From an uncultured bacterium (lineage in GTDB: Bacteria; Chlamydiota; Chlamydiia; Chlamydiales; SM23-39), in contig CAYTXY010000001.1 of assembly GCA_964441355.1 (NCBI GenBank), positions 1 through 34,365 of the forward strand: 34,365 nucleotides of DNA, read 5' to 3'. The position numbers were made by a program, and so were the translations under genes. Positions 1 to 9,058 of the stretch are shown here, piece by piece (position 1 is the stretch's first letter; every line of letters starts with the position of its first letter). The notes below the pieces were generated by a model. It saw only the letters and a program-made list of their open reading frames with translations, was not told where the DNA came from and did no database searches.

Positions 1-2
1 TT

Positions 3-281
3 CATCACATCGCAAGCCGAGGCCTGCAAATGCGTTATGACGCAAGGCCCGTCCGCGCCGCGCCTCCTACTCTCGGATCCCGCGTTCGAAAAATCGCCGC
101 CCTGGCTGGGTCGCTCATTTCCGTGGCCGGTACCTTGGCCTCAATAGGACGAATGACGAAAATCATCCCAAAGGATCACCCATGGGGCCATCTCCTCAGC
201 GGGCTTGCCATTGGAGTCCATGCCATCGAAGGGGCCATGATCACCATAAGAACGTTGAAAACGTACTATGAAAATATTTAG
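3..281 (+). CDS. C-terminal fragment of a hypothetical membrane protein (ORF open to the left window edge)
   Basis: The frame is open from nt 3 with no upstream stop, so the ATG at 30 need not be the true start. Two hydrophobic stretches are present (IAALAGSLISVAGTLASIG, LLSGLAIGVHAIEGAMITI). No family motif recognised. Confidence 0.3.
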   Translation, partial: HHIASRGLQMRYDARPVRAAPPTLGSRVRKIAALAGSLISVAGTLASIGRMTKIIPKDHPWGHLLSGLAIGVHAIEGAMITIRTLKTYYENI

Positions 282-500
282 TTACCTGGGTAGGATGATG
301 CCCATGAGGTCGACTAAGTCCTGAACGAATGCAAGGGCCTCAGTAGTATCCCGTAAAACGATCCGATCCCCATCCACCCGGAACATGCCCACGGCAGCTA
401 GCATGAGTCCGGCTGCTAAAGCCGCGGCGGGGAGGAGGAGCTTTCTAGAGCCCCCTAAACAAGGAGGGCAGCAAGGGGTCTCTCGGCAGACTGGATACAT
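282..500 (-). CDS. Small hypothetical membrane/secreted protein (72 aa)
   Basis: ATG at 500 follows an AT-rich divergent gap. Cys-rich N-terminus followed by one hydrophobic helix (LLLPAAALAAGLMLAAVGMF). Its stop abuts the stop of the convergent upstream ORF. No family recognised, so coding status is uncertain. Confidence 0.25.
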   Translation of the reverse strand: MYPVCRETPCCPPCLGGSRKLLLPAAALAAGLMLAAVGMFRVDGDRIVLRDTTEALAFVQDLVDLMGIILPR

Positions 501-572
501 TTTTTTTGAGCCTTGATTGTTCTAGGTCTATTATAGCATAGTATCTAGTATCCTCATTGTAGAATAATCTCT

Positions 573-1439
573 ATGCATTGGAACGATCTCGAGAAAGCCT
601 TCAACCGCGCCATCCTCCTTTCGGCCTCTAGGAAAAAGCTTGCCCTCACTTTTCCGGTCCTCGTCTTATGCGGGATCCTCTCGGTTTTTTGCAAAGCTGT
701 CTCGTTCGAGTCGGGAGAATGGGTTTCGATGAGCCTGGCCTTTTTCCCCATCCTCTTTTCCTCCGGGATTTTGCTTGCCCTCGGCGTCCTTGTCATCCGT
801 ATGCACCATCACGAGGCGAAAAACCTTGCGCTCGATTTCAGGAAGCTGATCGGGGGATCGGTCGATCTGATTGTCGGGATCTCCTACTTGTCGCTTGTTC
901 CGATCCTAGCTTATCTCTTCCTTTGGACGCTCCTCGGCATCTTTTTCCTTTTGAAAGAAGTTCCTGTGCTCGGCGATTTTTTCAGCGTCGTCTTATCTTT
1001 TGGCCCCTTCCTGCTCATCTTCGGATCGCTCCTCCTCTGCATCTTCAATTTAGGGCTTCTTTTTTTCGTGGCCCCTGCGGCAGCCCTGCAGCCCCTGAAA
1101 AACATTCCGCTCGCCAAAAGGGTGTGGAATGTCCTCAACCGAAAGCTTTTTACGGCCCTCATCCTTTTGTTTGTCGCCCTCGTTCCCATTGGCTTTGTCG
1201 CCGGCCTCTTGAGCTTTGCCGCCTTCTTGACCGATGTCAGCTTTTTGGTCGGCGAGCGGTCTCTCTCCGTTGCCCTCGAGTGGTTCTTCATCATGCTCCC
1301 TTTTTGCGCCATCTTGGCCCCCGCCGTCGTTTTCTTCTTTAATTTCGCGGCGGAAAGCTACCAGCTTTTGCAAGGGATCTCATCTCCGGCGGATATCTAT
1401 GGAGCAAAAAGCCGCGAACCATCCGACATAAAGTCATGA
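573..1439 (+). CDS. Hypothetical polytopic membrane protein
   Basis: ATG at 573 after an AT-rich gap. The 288-aa product is dominated by hydrophobic helices (FPVLVLCGILSVF, LAFFPILFSSGILLALGVLVI, LLLIFGSLLLCIFNLGLLFFVAP, LILLFVALVPIGFVAGLLSFAAF). Its stop overlaps the next start (ATGA at 1436-1439). No family recognised. Confidence 0.65.
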   Translation: MHWNDLEKAFNRAILLSASRKKLALTFPVLVLCGILSVFCKAVSFESGEWVSMSLAFFPILFSSGILLALGVLVIRMHHHEAKNLALDFRKLIGGSVDLIVGISYLSLVPILAYLFLWTLLGIFFLLKEVPVLGDFFSVVLSFGPFLLIFGSLLLCIFNLGLLFFVAPAAALQPLKNIPLAKRVWNVLNRKLFTALILLFVALVPIGFVAGLLSFAAFLTDVSFLVGERSLSVALEWFFIMLPFCAILAPAVVFFFNFAAESYQLLQGISSPADIYGAKSREPSDIKS

Positions 1440-2377
1440 AAATCGCCATCGTTGGAGCGGGGCTTGCGGGTTTGAGCGCATGCTGGCATCTTTGCGGCTC
1501 GCAAGTTCAGCCGACGCTTTTCGACCCTAAGGGAATCGGTGGTGGAGCGTCCGGAATCTCCACGGGGCTTTTGCACCCGTTTCCGGGTCTCCGCGCCCTC
1601 CGTTCCTGGGGAGCCGGGGAGGGGATGGAGGCAACCCGCGCTCTTCTCGCTGTCTCAGAAAAGGCTCTGGGGCGCCCTGTTGCTTCGAGGGATGGGATTT
1701 TCCGCCCCGCCCTCAGTCTTCAGCAAAAAAAGGATTTTGCTCTCCGCGCGGAAAAAGACCCGGAGGCCGTTTGGCAAGAGCACCCGATTTTTGGGCCAGG
1801 GATTTGGATCCCGGGGGGGATGACCGTATATTCGCGCCTTTATTTGGAAGGGCTATGGAAGGCGTGCCAACCTCTCGGCGCTGGGTTCCTTCAAGAATCG
1901 ATTGTCTCCCTGGAAGATTTAGGGGCGTTCGACCGTATCGTCTTGACGGCCGGATTCGAGACGCTCAAATTCGCGCCCCATCTGCCACTGGAAGTGACGA
2001 AAGGGCAGACGCTTCTTTGCCGCTGGCCGGAAAAACTCCCATGCAGCGTCGTTTCGCAAGGGCATATCACTTTGACCGAGGATCCCTCCCTCTGTCAAAT
2101 CGGGTCGACGTATGAGCATGGGTTTACAACGCTGGCACCCGACAAAATTGCCATCTCAGAATTGCTTGGCAAAGCGGCTCGCATTTATCCGCCCGCCAGC
2201 GAGTACGAAGTGGTCGAGGTCCGAGCTGGGGCGAGGATCGCTCGGCCAAAAGGCTATAGGCCGATTCTGGAAAGACTCAATGCGAAAACCTGGGTGTTCA
2301 CAGGTCTTGGCTCGAGAGGACTGCTCTATCATGCCTGGCTCGGCAAGGACCTTGCCGGGGAACTTCTTTTTTCTTGA
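1436..2377 (+). CDS. FAD-dependent oxidoreductase (DAO-type)
   Basis: N-terminal Rossmann dinucleotide fingerprint MKIAIVGAGLAGLSACWHL (GxGxxG). Length of 313 aa and the C-terminal FTGLGSRGL segment fit DAO-family flavoenzymes. ATGA-coupled to the upstream membrane protein. Confidence 0.8.
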   Translation: MKIAIVGAGLAGLSACWHLCGSQVQPTLFDPKGIGGGASGISTGLLHPFPGLRALRSWGAGEGMEATRALLAVSEKALGRPVASRDGIFRPALSLQQKKDFALRAEKDPEAVWQEHPIFGPGIWIPGGMTVYSRLYLEGLWKACQPLGAGFLQESIVSLEDLGAFDRIVLTAGFETLKFAPHLPLEVTKGQTLLCRWPEKLPCSVVSQGHITLTEDPSLCQIGSTYEHGFTTLAPDKIAISELLGKAARIYPPASEYEVVEVRAGARIARPKGYRPILERLNAKTWVFTGLGSRGLLYHAWLGKDLAGELLFS

Positions 2378-2576
2378 ATTCTTTTAGTGTTTTTGTGAAA
2401 AATCAAAATTTATACTGCGACCGCTCAAAAAGTGTGAAAAATGCCAAGGAAGCGGCGCAGATTTTTGTGTCTGGAACGAGGGGCGTGTTCATAGACACGG
2501 TCCGAAGTGAAGACCAAAAATATGCTGCCAAGCTGACGCCGGCAGATTCACATTTTTTGGGTGAGAGCAGTATAGC

Positions 2577-3470
2577 ATGAGACGGCTTCTCCTTTTTTTC
2601 ATTTTGCTTGCGGCGAGTTTTACCGCCGGCTTTGGCGTGGCGCGCGGGAAGGTGGCCCAGCTCTTTGTCGCGAAGATCGCCGCCGCCTCCGATCATCACC
2701 CTCGGACCATGGAATTTCGCCCAACACCCTATCCTTTGGAAAATCGAAGTTTTCGCATCGTGATCGTCGGAAGAAACAATGGCGCTAACTTGGAAAAAAC
2801 CCTCCAATCGGTGTTTTTGCAAAATTATGAAAATTTCCGGATTTTGTATATCGACGACGCCTCCGACGATGGGAGCGGCGATTTGGCAAGAGACCTGATT
2901 TATGACAGCCCTATTTTTACGAAAATCCAATTCCATCAGAACGAGAAGCCGCTCGGCACGCTCGCCAGCCTGACAAGGGCCATTAGAGGATTTCCCGATG
3001 AAGAGATCGTAGCCGTGTTGCATGGAGACGATTGGCTTGCGCATGAATGGGTGATCGCCCGTCTCAACCAGTATTACGCCGATCCCGATCTTTGGCTGAC
3101 CTATGGAGAGGCTAGCGACTATCCGACCTATCAGCTTGGGAAAGCAAGGCCATTGGATGGAAAAGGCAAACCGATCCGCTCCCAGCCGCTCTCTACTACT
3201 CATTTGAAGACGTTTTATGCAGGGCTCTTCAAAAAGATCGACGATGCCGATTTGCAATACAAAGGGGAGTATTTTCAAGGCGCTGCGGATCTTGCCTTCA
3301 TGTTTCCGCTGCTTGAAATGGCCGATGGCCACTCCCAATGCCTTCAAGAAGTCCTCTATATTTGCAATAGGGACAGTTTGAAAACGGAGGACCGCGAGCT
3401 CCATGCATTTTGTGAAAAGCAGATCCGGTCGCTGCCGCCTCATGAGCCACTGACGGGCGGGTTCGAATGA
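2577..3470 (+). CDS. Family-2 (GT-A fold) glycosyltransferase with N-terminal TM anchor
   Basis: TM anchor LLLFFILLAASFTAGFGV, then the GT2 signature FRIVIVGRNNGANLEKTLQSVFLQNYENFRILYIDDASDDGS and HGDDWL. Confidence 0.85.
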   Translation: MRRLLLFFILLAASFTAGFGVARGKVAQLFVAKIAAASDHHPRTMEFRPTPYPLENRSFRIVIVGRNNGANLEKTLQSVFLQNYENFRILYIDDASDDGSGDLARDLIYDSPIFTKIQFHQNEKPLGTLASLTRAIRGFPDEEIVAVLHGDDWLAHEWVIARLNQYYADPDLWLTYGEASDYPTYQLGKARPLDGKGKPIRSQPLSTTHLKTFYAGLFKKIDDADLQYKGEYFQGAADLAFMFPLLEMADGHSQCLQEVLYICNRDSLKTEDRELHAFCEKQIRSLPPHEPLTGGFE

Positions 3471-5113
3471 GACCGAAATTTTTCTACTTGCTACCCATTT
3501 TGGCTGCGATTCTATTCGGATATTGGATGGGGGGAGGGCATGTTGCGAAAAAAGAGGAGAAGGTCGTCTTCAATGAGATACCCCATCCTGAGAGAGATTT
3601 CCCACTGACGGAAGAAAAGCCGTTTGCTCTGATCGTCTACGCCTACAAAAACGGCAAGATTTGCGAAAGGACGCTGAAATCGATCTTCGAACAAGAGTAC
3701 GACCGCTTCCGCGTCATTTTCATCGATGATGGTTCCAAGGATGGGACGTTTGAAAAAGTCCAATCTTTCGTCTTGGACAACAAGCAAGACCATAGAGTGA
3801 TCCTGATCCAGAATCCAGAGCGGCTTGGGGCCGTCGCTTGCCTTTACCGCGCGGCCGCGACATTGCATGACTTTGAGATCGCGATCCCTCTCGATGTCAA
3901 GGACTGGCTGGCCCATCCGAGAGTATTGGGCCGCCTGAATGCCGTTTACCAAAATCCAGATGTTTGGCTCACCGCCTCGGGCCCCATCCTTTACCCGAGT
4001 TATGAAAAAACGAATTGCCCATTGAATTTAGAGAACTTGGAGCCTCACATCCCCATCTCATTTTATTCGGCTCTTTTCAAGCAGGTCCGCCTCGCCGATC
4101 TTGTGAGGGAGGGCAGGTTCACTTTCGGCAAGGAGGCTTACGTCAGGCCGCTTCTCCAGATGTCTCAGGGAAGGCACCGCGTCTTGAACGAGCCCCTCTT
4201 CATCGCAAACCTTGCGAGATCTTGCAGGGAAGTGACGAGCGAGCCGCTCTCTTCTTATCAGGCTTTGCCCGAATTTCCAAAGAGCTCGGATGTTGAAGAG
4301 AGGGCAGACATCGTCCTCTTTTCCTGCGACCGCCCTTTGCAACTCTTCGCTTGCCTCGAGTCGATCCACCGCTACATGACCGGTTTCGAGAAGATCCATG
4401 TCCTTTGCCGTGCGAGAGAACCCAGATATCTGCAGAGTTACGAAAAGATTGCGGCGGAATTTCCCGAAGTGCATTTCGTGTTCCAGGGAAAAGAGGCGAA
4501 AAAGGATTTTAAACCCCTGCTTTTGAAAATCCTCTTCGACTCATCCAGCGAGTATGTCATGTTCGGCACCGACGACCAGATCGTTAAAGATTTTGTGGAT
4601 CTCAAAACGTGCATGGAAACGATGTCGAGAACGGGAGCCTACGGGTTCTACTTGCGACTGGGGTGCAATATCACCTATTCGTACCAAGTGGGCAAAGACC
4701 AGCCGGTGCCAAAAAGCGTCGATCTTGGCAAAGGGATTTATGCCTGGAATCTTAAAGCCGGAAATTGTGATTGGGATTTTCCCCATAGCGTCGATATGAC
4801 CCTCTTTCAAAAGAACATCTTAAAAGAGCCATTCGAAAACATGCGCTACAAGACTCCGAACAGCCTCGAGTTTTGCTGGGCCAAAGAATACATTTCCAAA
4901 CATGAGATCGGGCTTTACTTCGACCACTCCAAAGTGGTGAATATTCCACTCAACGTCGTGGGCCGGACGGGCAATCCGCATATGAACTACCTCACGGCTC
5001 CCGAATTGCAAACCAAATTCGAGCAAGGGCTCAAGATCGACATCGACCCGCTCTACCGCATCGCAAACTCATCCCCTCACTTCGAGTACTACCCCGAGTT
5101 TGTTCTGAGATAG
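3467..5113 (+). CDS. Two-domain glycosyltransferase: GT2 domain plus a C-terminal second transferase-like domain
   Basis: ATGA overlap with the upstream gene. TM anchor FFYLLPILAAILFGYWM. The GT2 signature FALIVYAYKNGKICERTLKSIFEQEYDRFRVIFIDDGSKDGT is paralogous to the upstream gene (DWLAHPRVLGRLNAVYQNPDVWLTASG vs DWLAHEWVIARLNQYYADPDLWLTYGE). A roughly 260-aa C-terminal extension (ADIVLFSCDRPLQLFACLESIHRY ... FGTDDQIV) is of unassigned family. Confidence 0.85.
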   Translation: MRPKFFYLLPILAAILFGYWMGGGHVAKKEEKVVFNEIPHPERDFPLTEEKPFALIVYAYKNGKICERTLKSIFEQEYDRFRVIFIDDGSKDGTFEKVQSFVLDNKQDHRVILIQNPERLGAVACLYRAAATLHDFEIAIPLDVKDWLAHPRVLGRLNAVYQNPDVWLTASGPILYPSYEKTNCPLNLENLEPHIPISFYSALFKQVRLADLVREGRFTFGKEAYVRPLLQMSQGRHRVLNEPLFIANLARSCREVTSEPLSSYQALPEFPKSSDVEERADIVLFSCDRPLQLFACLESIHRYMTGFEKIHVLCRAREPRYLQSYEKIAAEFPEVHFVFQGKEAKKDFKPLLLKILFDSSSEYVMFGTDDQIVKDFVDLKTCMETMSRTGAYGFYLRLGCNITYSYQVGKDQPVPKSVDLGKGIYAWNLKAGNCDWDFPHSVDMTLFQKNILKEPFENMRYKTPNSLEFCWAKEYISKHEIGLYFDHSKVVNIPLNVVGRTGNPHMNYLTAPELQTKFEQGLKIDIDPLYRIANSSPHFEYYPEFVLR

Positions 5114-5118
5114 GTGGT

Positions 5119-5622
5119 CTTCTGAAAAAGATCAGCGAGAGAGGAAAAATACTGGCAAGGGCCAAAAAGTCTCTTTTGCTTGAAGCTTCTGAAAAAGATC
5201 AGCGCAGAGAAAAATAGCACAAGGTCGAGAGTCCGCAGAGAAAAAAAATTAAGAGGCAGGACGGGACCCTGCCCTGAGTTAAGGAGGTGGATTCAGCCTT
5301 TTATCTCATGACAAATCATCGGATTCCTTATTTCAAGTGTAGTGCCAGACAGGTTTGAAAGGCGATTTCAAATGCCAGGTCCCTGCTACTTATGTACCTC
5401 AATTGATGCTGCAAAGCTTTTGCCCTTATACCTGAAATACCAAAGCCGTTGGAAACTCCTTCACTCAGGGCAGGGTCCCGTCCTGCCTCTAATTTTTTTT
5501 TCCTCTGCGAACTCTCGACCTTGTCCGATTTTTCTCTGCGCTGATCCGTTTCAGAAGCTTTTAGCAAAGAGGCTTTTTGGCCCTTGCTAGCAATTTTCTC
5601 TCTCGCTGATCCGTTTCAGAAG
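5119..5622. repeat. Foldback element: about 170-bp imperfect inverted arms (5119-5288 and 5455-5622) around a 166-bp spacer
   Basis: The reverse complement of 5455-5622 aligns with 5119-5288 along its full length with a few mismatches or indels (by-eye alignment). Each arm contains an internal direct duplication starting CTTCTGAAAAAGATCAGCG. The element fills the whole gap between the stop at 5113 and the ATG at 5630. Confidence 0.9.
5469..5501 (+). terminator. Possible intrinsic terminator inside the right arm of the foldback element
   Basis: GC stem GGCAGG (5469-5474) / CCTGCC (5482-5487) with a 7-nt loop, then TCTAA and a run of nine T (5493-5501). The mirror copy in the left arm would act on the minus strand. 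The 5-nt gap between stem and T-run weakens the call. Confidence 0.35.
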
Positions 5623-5629
5623 CTTTTTA

Positions 5630-6451
5630 ATGACTCAGTTTATGGGGAATTTCGTATTATATCTTCCTATGCATGGGAAGTTTTTGTTTCTGGGAACTGG
5701 CGCCTCGACGGGTGTGCCCGTCATCGGATGCAGCTGCGCCGTTTGCTCTTCGAGTTCTTCCTACAACAAGAGGCTCCGCCCGGCAGGGCTTATCCGGATC
5801 GGGCAAAAGTCGCTCCTGATCGACGTCGGCCCCGATTTTCGCCAGCAGGCGTTAAAGTTCAAAATCAACCGCCTCGATGGCGTATTGCTGACCCACACCC
5901 ATTACGACCATATTTCCGGCATCGACGAGCTTAGAACCTATTTTTTAATGCAAAAGAAGGCTATGCCATTGCTTCTCTCCAAAGAAAGCGCCGAGGACTT
6001 GGCGGTCCGCTACCACTACCTCTTCAAGTCGGCGGGGCCTAAAGAATCATTGACTGCCCAGCTCGATCTCCATATTTTGGCAAAAGAGAGGGGAGAGGTC
6101 GACTTTTTGGGGGAAAAGATCGGCTATTTCAGCTATTTTCAAGGAAAGATGAGAGTCACTGGGTACAGGATTGGCCATTTTGCCTATGTTTCGGACATCA
6201 AGGATTACTCCGAGGAGATTTTTGAATCGCTTGCCGGCGCTCACACCTTGGTCGTCAGCGCCCTTCGGGACGGGGCTGCCAAGCTGATGTTTTCTTTGGA
6301 CGAGGCGGCAGCTTTTTCTAAAAGAGCGGGAGCCAAGAGGACCCTGATCACCCATATGAACCATGAGGTGGACTACGAGAGCGTAAACCGGAAACTCCCC
6401 TCGGGTGTACAATTAGCTTACGATGGATTGGAGATCGAATTTGGAATCTGA
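5630..6451 (+). CDS. Metallo-beta-lactamase-fold hydrolase, PhnP-like phosphodiesterase type
   Basis: HxHxDH motif in LLTHTHYDHISGIDEL. The N-terminal FLGTGASTGVPVIGCSCAVCSS resembles PhnP/COG1235-type MBL enzymes. Start is uncertain (ATG at 5630, 5642 or 5669). Confidence 0.85.
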   Translation: MTQFMGNFVLYLPMHGKFLFLGTGASTGVPVIGCSCAVCSSSSSYNKRLRPAGLIRIGQKSLLIDVGPDFRQQALKFKINRLDGVLLTHTHYDHISGIDELRTYFLMQKKAMPLLLSKESAEDLAVRYHYLFKSAGPKESLTAQLDLHILAKERGEVDFLGEKIGYFSYFQGKMRVTGYRIGHFAYVSDIKDYSEEIFESLAGAHTLVVSALRDGAAKLMFSLDEAAAFSKRAGAKRTLITHMNHEVDYESVNRKLPSGVQLAYDGLEIEFGI

Positions 6452-7748
6452 AACAATCGTTCGGGAGGGACGCCTCCAAATTCTCGGCAGCCAAGAAAAG
6501 AGGGCGCTCCTTGTCGGGGCTTATTTGACTGCGGACGCTAAAGACCAAACGATCGAACAGCTCGATGAACTGGAGAATTTGACGCGGACGTTTGGTCTCT
6601 CAACGGTGCTCAAGCTCCCGGCGCCGATTCGGGAATTCAACCCGGGGACGTTTTTCGGCAAAGGGAAGGTGGAAGAGATCCGGCAGCTTGCCATAGAGCA
6701 TAAGTGCGATATCGTCATTTTCGACGATGAGATCTCTCCTCAGCAGCAGCGCAACCTGGAAAAGATTTTAGAAAAAATTGTCATCGACAGGACGGAGCTG
6801 ATCCTTGGGGTCTTTGCGCAAAGGGCGCAAACGAAGGAAGCGAAGCTCCAGATCGAGCTCGCGAGCGTCCGCTACCAGATGCCCCGTTTGCGGCGCCTTT
6901 GGACCCACTTGAGCCGTCAAAGGATGGGCGGCGCTGGCGGCGGATACCTGAAAGGGGAAGGGGAAAAGCAGATCGAGATCGACCGGCAGATCTTAAAGCA
7001 CAAGATCACCCAGATCCAAAAAGAGCTCGAACAAGTAATAAAACATCGCCAAACACAGCGGCGGGAGAGGGAAAGGACAGCCATTCCAACATTTGCGATC
7101 ATCGGCTATACCAACGTCGGCAAATCGACCCTGATGAACGCCCTGACCGATGCTGGGGTCTTGGTCGAAGACAAGCTCTTTGCCACTCTCGATACGACGA
7201 CCCGCAAATACCTCCTCTCGAACAAGCAGCCAATCCTCTTGATCGACACCGTCGGGTTCATCCGGAAAATTCCCCACCAACTCGTCGCCGCCTTCAAGAG
7301 CACCCTCGAAGAAGCGGTCCGGGCCGATATTTTGCTGCACCTGATCGATGCGAGCAATCCGGTAGCTCCCGCACAATCTGAGGCGGTCCTTGGCATCTTG
7401 AAAGAGCTTGGAGCAGCGGGCCGGCCGATCATCACGGTGCTGAATAAGATCGACCAATGCAAAAGCCGCCTCGACATCGACCGTCTCCGCTTCAAATATC
7501 CCAAAACGGTCGAAATCTCCGCCCTGAAGCAAACAGGGTTCGATCGATTGCTGGAACTCATGATCCGTGAGACCATGCTGCTGCGCAAGAAGGTTCGCCT
7601 CCGCGTTCCCCAAAGCCAATACGCCTCTCTGAGCGAGGTGATGAGGGATGGCAAAATCATCACGAGGGAATATGATGAGAACGATATTCTTCTCGAAGTG
7701 GAGATCCCAGTCCATCTAGAACGAAAAGTCGCTCATTTCGAGGTATGA
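6423..7748 (+). CDS. hflX: GTPase HflX
   Basis: G1 GYTNVGKST, G3 DTVGF, G4 NKID. HflX-type N-terminal domain with glycine-rich GGAGGGYLKGEGEKQIEIDR. Overlaps the upstream gene by 29 nt. Confidence 0.9.
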   Translation: MDWRSNLESETIVREGRLQILGSQEKRALLVGAYLTADAKDQTIEQLDELENLTRTFGLSTVLKLPAPIREFNPGTFFGKGKVEEIRQLAIEHKCDIVIFDDEISPQQQRNLEKILEKIVIDRTELILGVFAQRAQTKEAKLQIELASVRYQMPRLRRLWTHLSRQRMGGAGGGYLKGEGEKQIEIDRQILKHKITQIQKELEQVIKHRQTQRRERERTAIPTFAIIGYTNVGKSTLMNALTDAGVLVEDKLFATLDTTTRKYLLSNKQPILLIDTVGFIRKIPHQLVAAFKSTLEEAVRADILLHLIDASNPVAPAQSEAVLGILKELGAAGRPIITVLNKIDQCKSRLDIDRLRFKYPKTVEISALKQTGFDRLLELMIRETMLLRKKVRLRVPQSQYASLSEVMRDGKIITREYDENDILLEVEIPVHLERKVAHFEV

Positions 7749-9058
7749 CGATGACAAAGCAGTGGCATACTTTTGCGATCTGGTCGGGGTTCGTGGCGGC
7801 CCTGTCGGGCTTTCTGCAAAGCTATGCAACTTGCGTCATTGCGGGCGCGCTTCTTTTCATCGTCAAAGAGTTCAGCTTAACGACCACATCTGAGGGTCTT
7901 GCCGCCTCGATCATCATTTTAGGCGCCATGCTGGGAGCGCTTTCTACCGGATATTTTGCCGACAAGTTCGGAAGAAGGGCGGTGCTTTTCTTTTCCTCTG
8001 TCTTGTATGTGGCCTCGAACATCCCCATCCTTTTTATTTCCAGTTTCCCTTTGCTTCTTTTCCTTCGCTTTATGACCGGGATCGCGGTGGGGATGACCTC
8101 TCTTTGTTGCCCGCTCTATCTAGCCGAAATCGCCCCGCCTGCAAGACGGGGGGCGTTCGTCTGCTGTTTTCAGCTGGCCGTCACGGTCGGCACACTGATT
8201 GCCTATGCGATCAATTTGGGATTCACGAGTTCAGAAAACTGGCGGTTCATGCTGTTTTTTACCGCCATTCCAGCGGCTTTTCAGGCGGCGCTCTTGTTTA
8301 CGATTCCTGAAAGCCCCAAGTGGCTTATGGGATCAGGGCTTAAGAAAAAAGCAGCAGCCTCTGCGAAATCTCTCCACACGGGCGATGATCCGCCTCGGAA
8401 CAAGGATGAACTGGAAGATTCGAGTTGGAGGCACCTTTTTTCTCCCATTTTCCGCAAAGGGGTATTGATCGGCGTCTTTCTCGTCGTTTTACAGCAGTGG
8501 TGCGGCATCAACGCGATCATCTATTTCGCACCGAAAATCTTCCAAGAAGCGGGATTTGCAAGCACGCAAGGCGCTATCGCAGCGACTTTGGGTTTAGGCT
8601 GCTTCAACTCCGTTGCCACCGTCATCTCCATATTTTTGATCGATCGGTTGGGGAGACGAACCCTTCTCCTCATCAGTCAAGGCGGAGTGGCTTTAAGCCT
8701 TCTTTTCTTTACGGCGACCTTTATTTTTCCGAGCCATTTTTTCGTTGCCGTCCTTTGCCTGATTCTCTTTATACTTTCCTACTCTCTCGGACTCGGTCCG
8801 ATCCCTTGGGTCTTGGTTTCTGAGATCTATCCTTTGGCCATCCGGGCCCATGGAATCGCGCTCATGACGTTCCTAAGCTGGCTGAGCAACTTCCTCGTCG
8901 TCTTTACCTTTCCGAGTCTCCTCGCCTCCTGGACAGGTACTGGAGCCTTTGGCCTTTATACCCTGATCGCCATCGGAGCGTTCTTCCTTTTCCAATGGAT
9001 CATCCCGGAAACAAAAGGCAAGAGCCTCGAGGAGATCGAATCCTCGCTTTATCGGTGA
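7745..9058 (+). CDS. MFS transporter, sugar-porter family
   Basis: Polytopic MFS protein with sugar-porter signatures FADKFGRRAVL, PESPKWL and PETKGKSLEEIE. ATGA-coupled to hflX. Confidence 0.9.
   Translation: MTMTKQWHTFAIWSGFVAALSGFLQSYATCVIAGALLFIVKEFSLTTTSEGLAASIIILGAMLGALSTGYFADKFGRRAVLFFSSVLYVASNIPILFISSFPLLLFLRFMTGIAVGMTSLCCPLYLAEIAPPARRGAFVCCFQLAVTVGTLIAYAINLGFTSSENWRFMLFFTAIPAAFQAALLFTIPESPKWLMGSGLKKKAAASAKSLHTGDDPPRNKDELEDSSWRHLFSPIFRKGVLIGVFLVVLQQWCGINAIIYFAPKIFQEAGFASTQGAIAATLGLGCFNSVATVISIFLIDRLGRRTLLLISQGGVALSLLFFTATFIFPSHFFVAVLCLILFILSYSLGLGPIPWVLVSEIYPLAIRAHGIALMTFLSWLSNFLVVFTFPSLLASWTGTGAFGLYTLIAIGAFFLFQWIIPETKGKSLEEIESSLYR

Noticed and set aside
668-1431. Alternative-frame and antisense ORFs inside the 573..1439 membrane-protein gene
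   Set aside because: Their translations are Arg/Pro-rich or Lys-rich low complexity. The chosen frame gives coherent TM helices and is coupled to the downstream gene.
2374-2580. 68-aa ORF (TTG start) in the gap before the glycosyltransferase operon
   Set aside because: It has a non-ATG start with no Shine-Dalgarno sequence and an unremarkable translation. The region fits better as a promoter or leader.
2403-3443. 346-aa minus-strand ORF antisense to the first glycosyltransferase
   Set aside because: The + strand frame carries clear GT2 signatures and is ATGA-coupled to the next gene. The antisense translation has no recognisable motif.
5119-5622. Possibility that the repeated CTTCTGAAAAAGATCAGCG units form a CRISPR array
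   Set aside because: There are only two direct copies per arm and the arms are inverted relative to each other. There is no regular repeat-spacer periodicity and no cas genes in the window.
5328-5934. ORFs 5328..5567 (-), 5342..5590 (+) and 5584..5934 (+) in and after the foldback element
   Set aside because: They are translations of repeat arms that mirror one another. The last one is off-frame over the MBL hydrolase gene. No Shine-Dalgarno or start context supports them.
6899-7715. Off-frame and antisense ORFs within hflX (6899..7381 +, 6993..7715 -, 7106..7663 -)
   Set aside because: The hflX frame carries the G1, G3 and G4 motifs. The others lack any motif.
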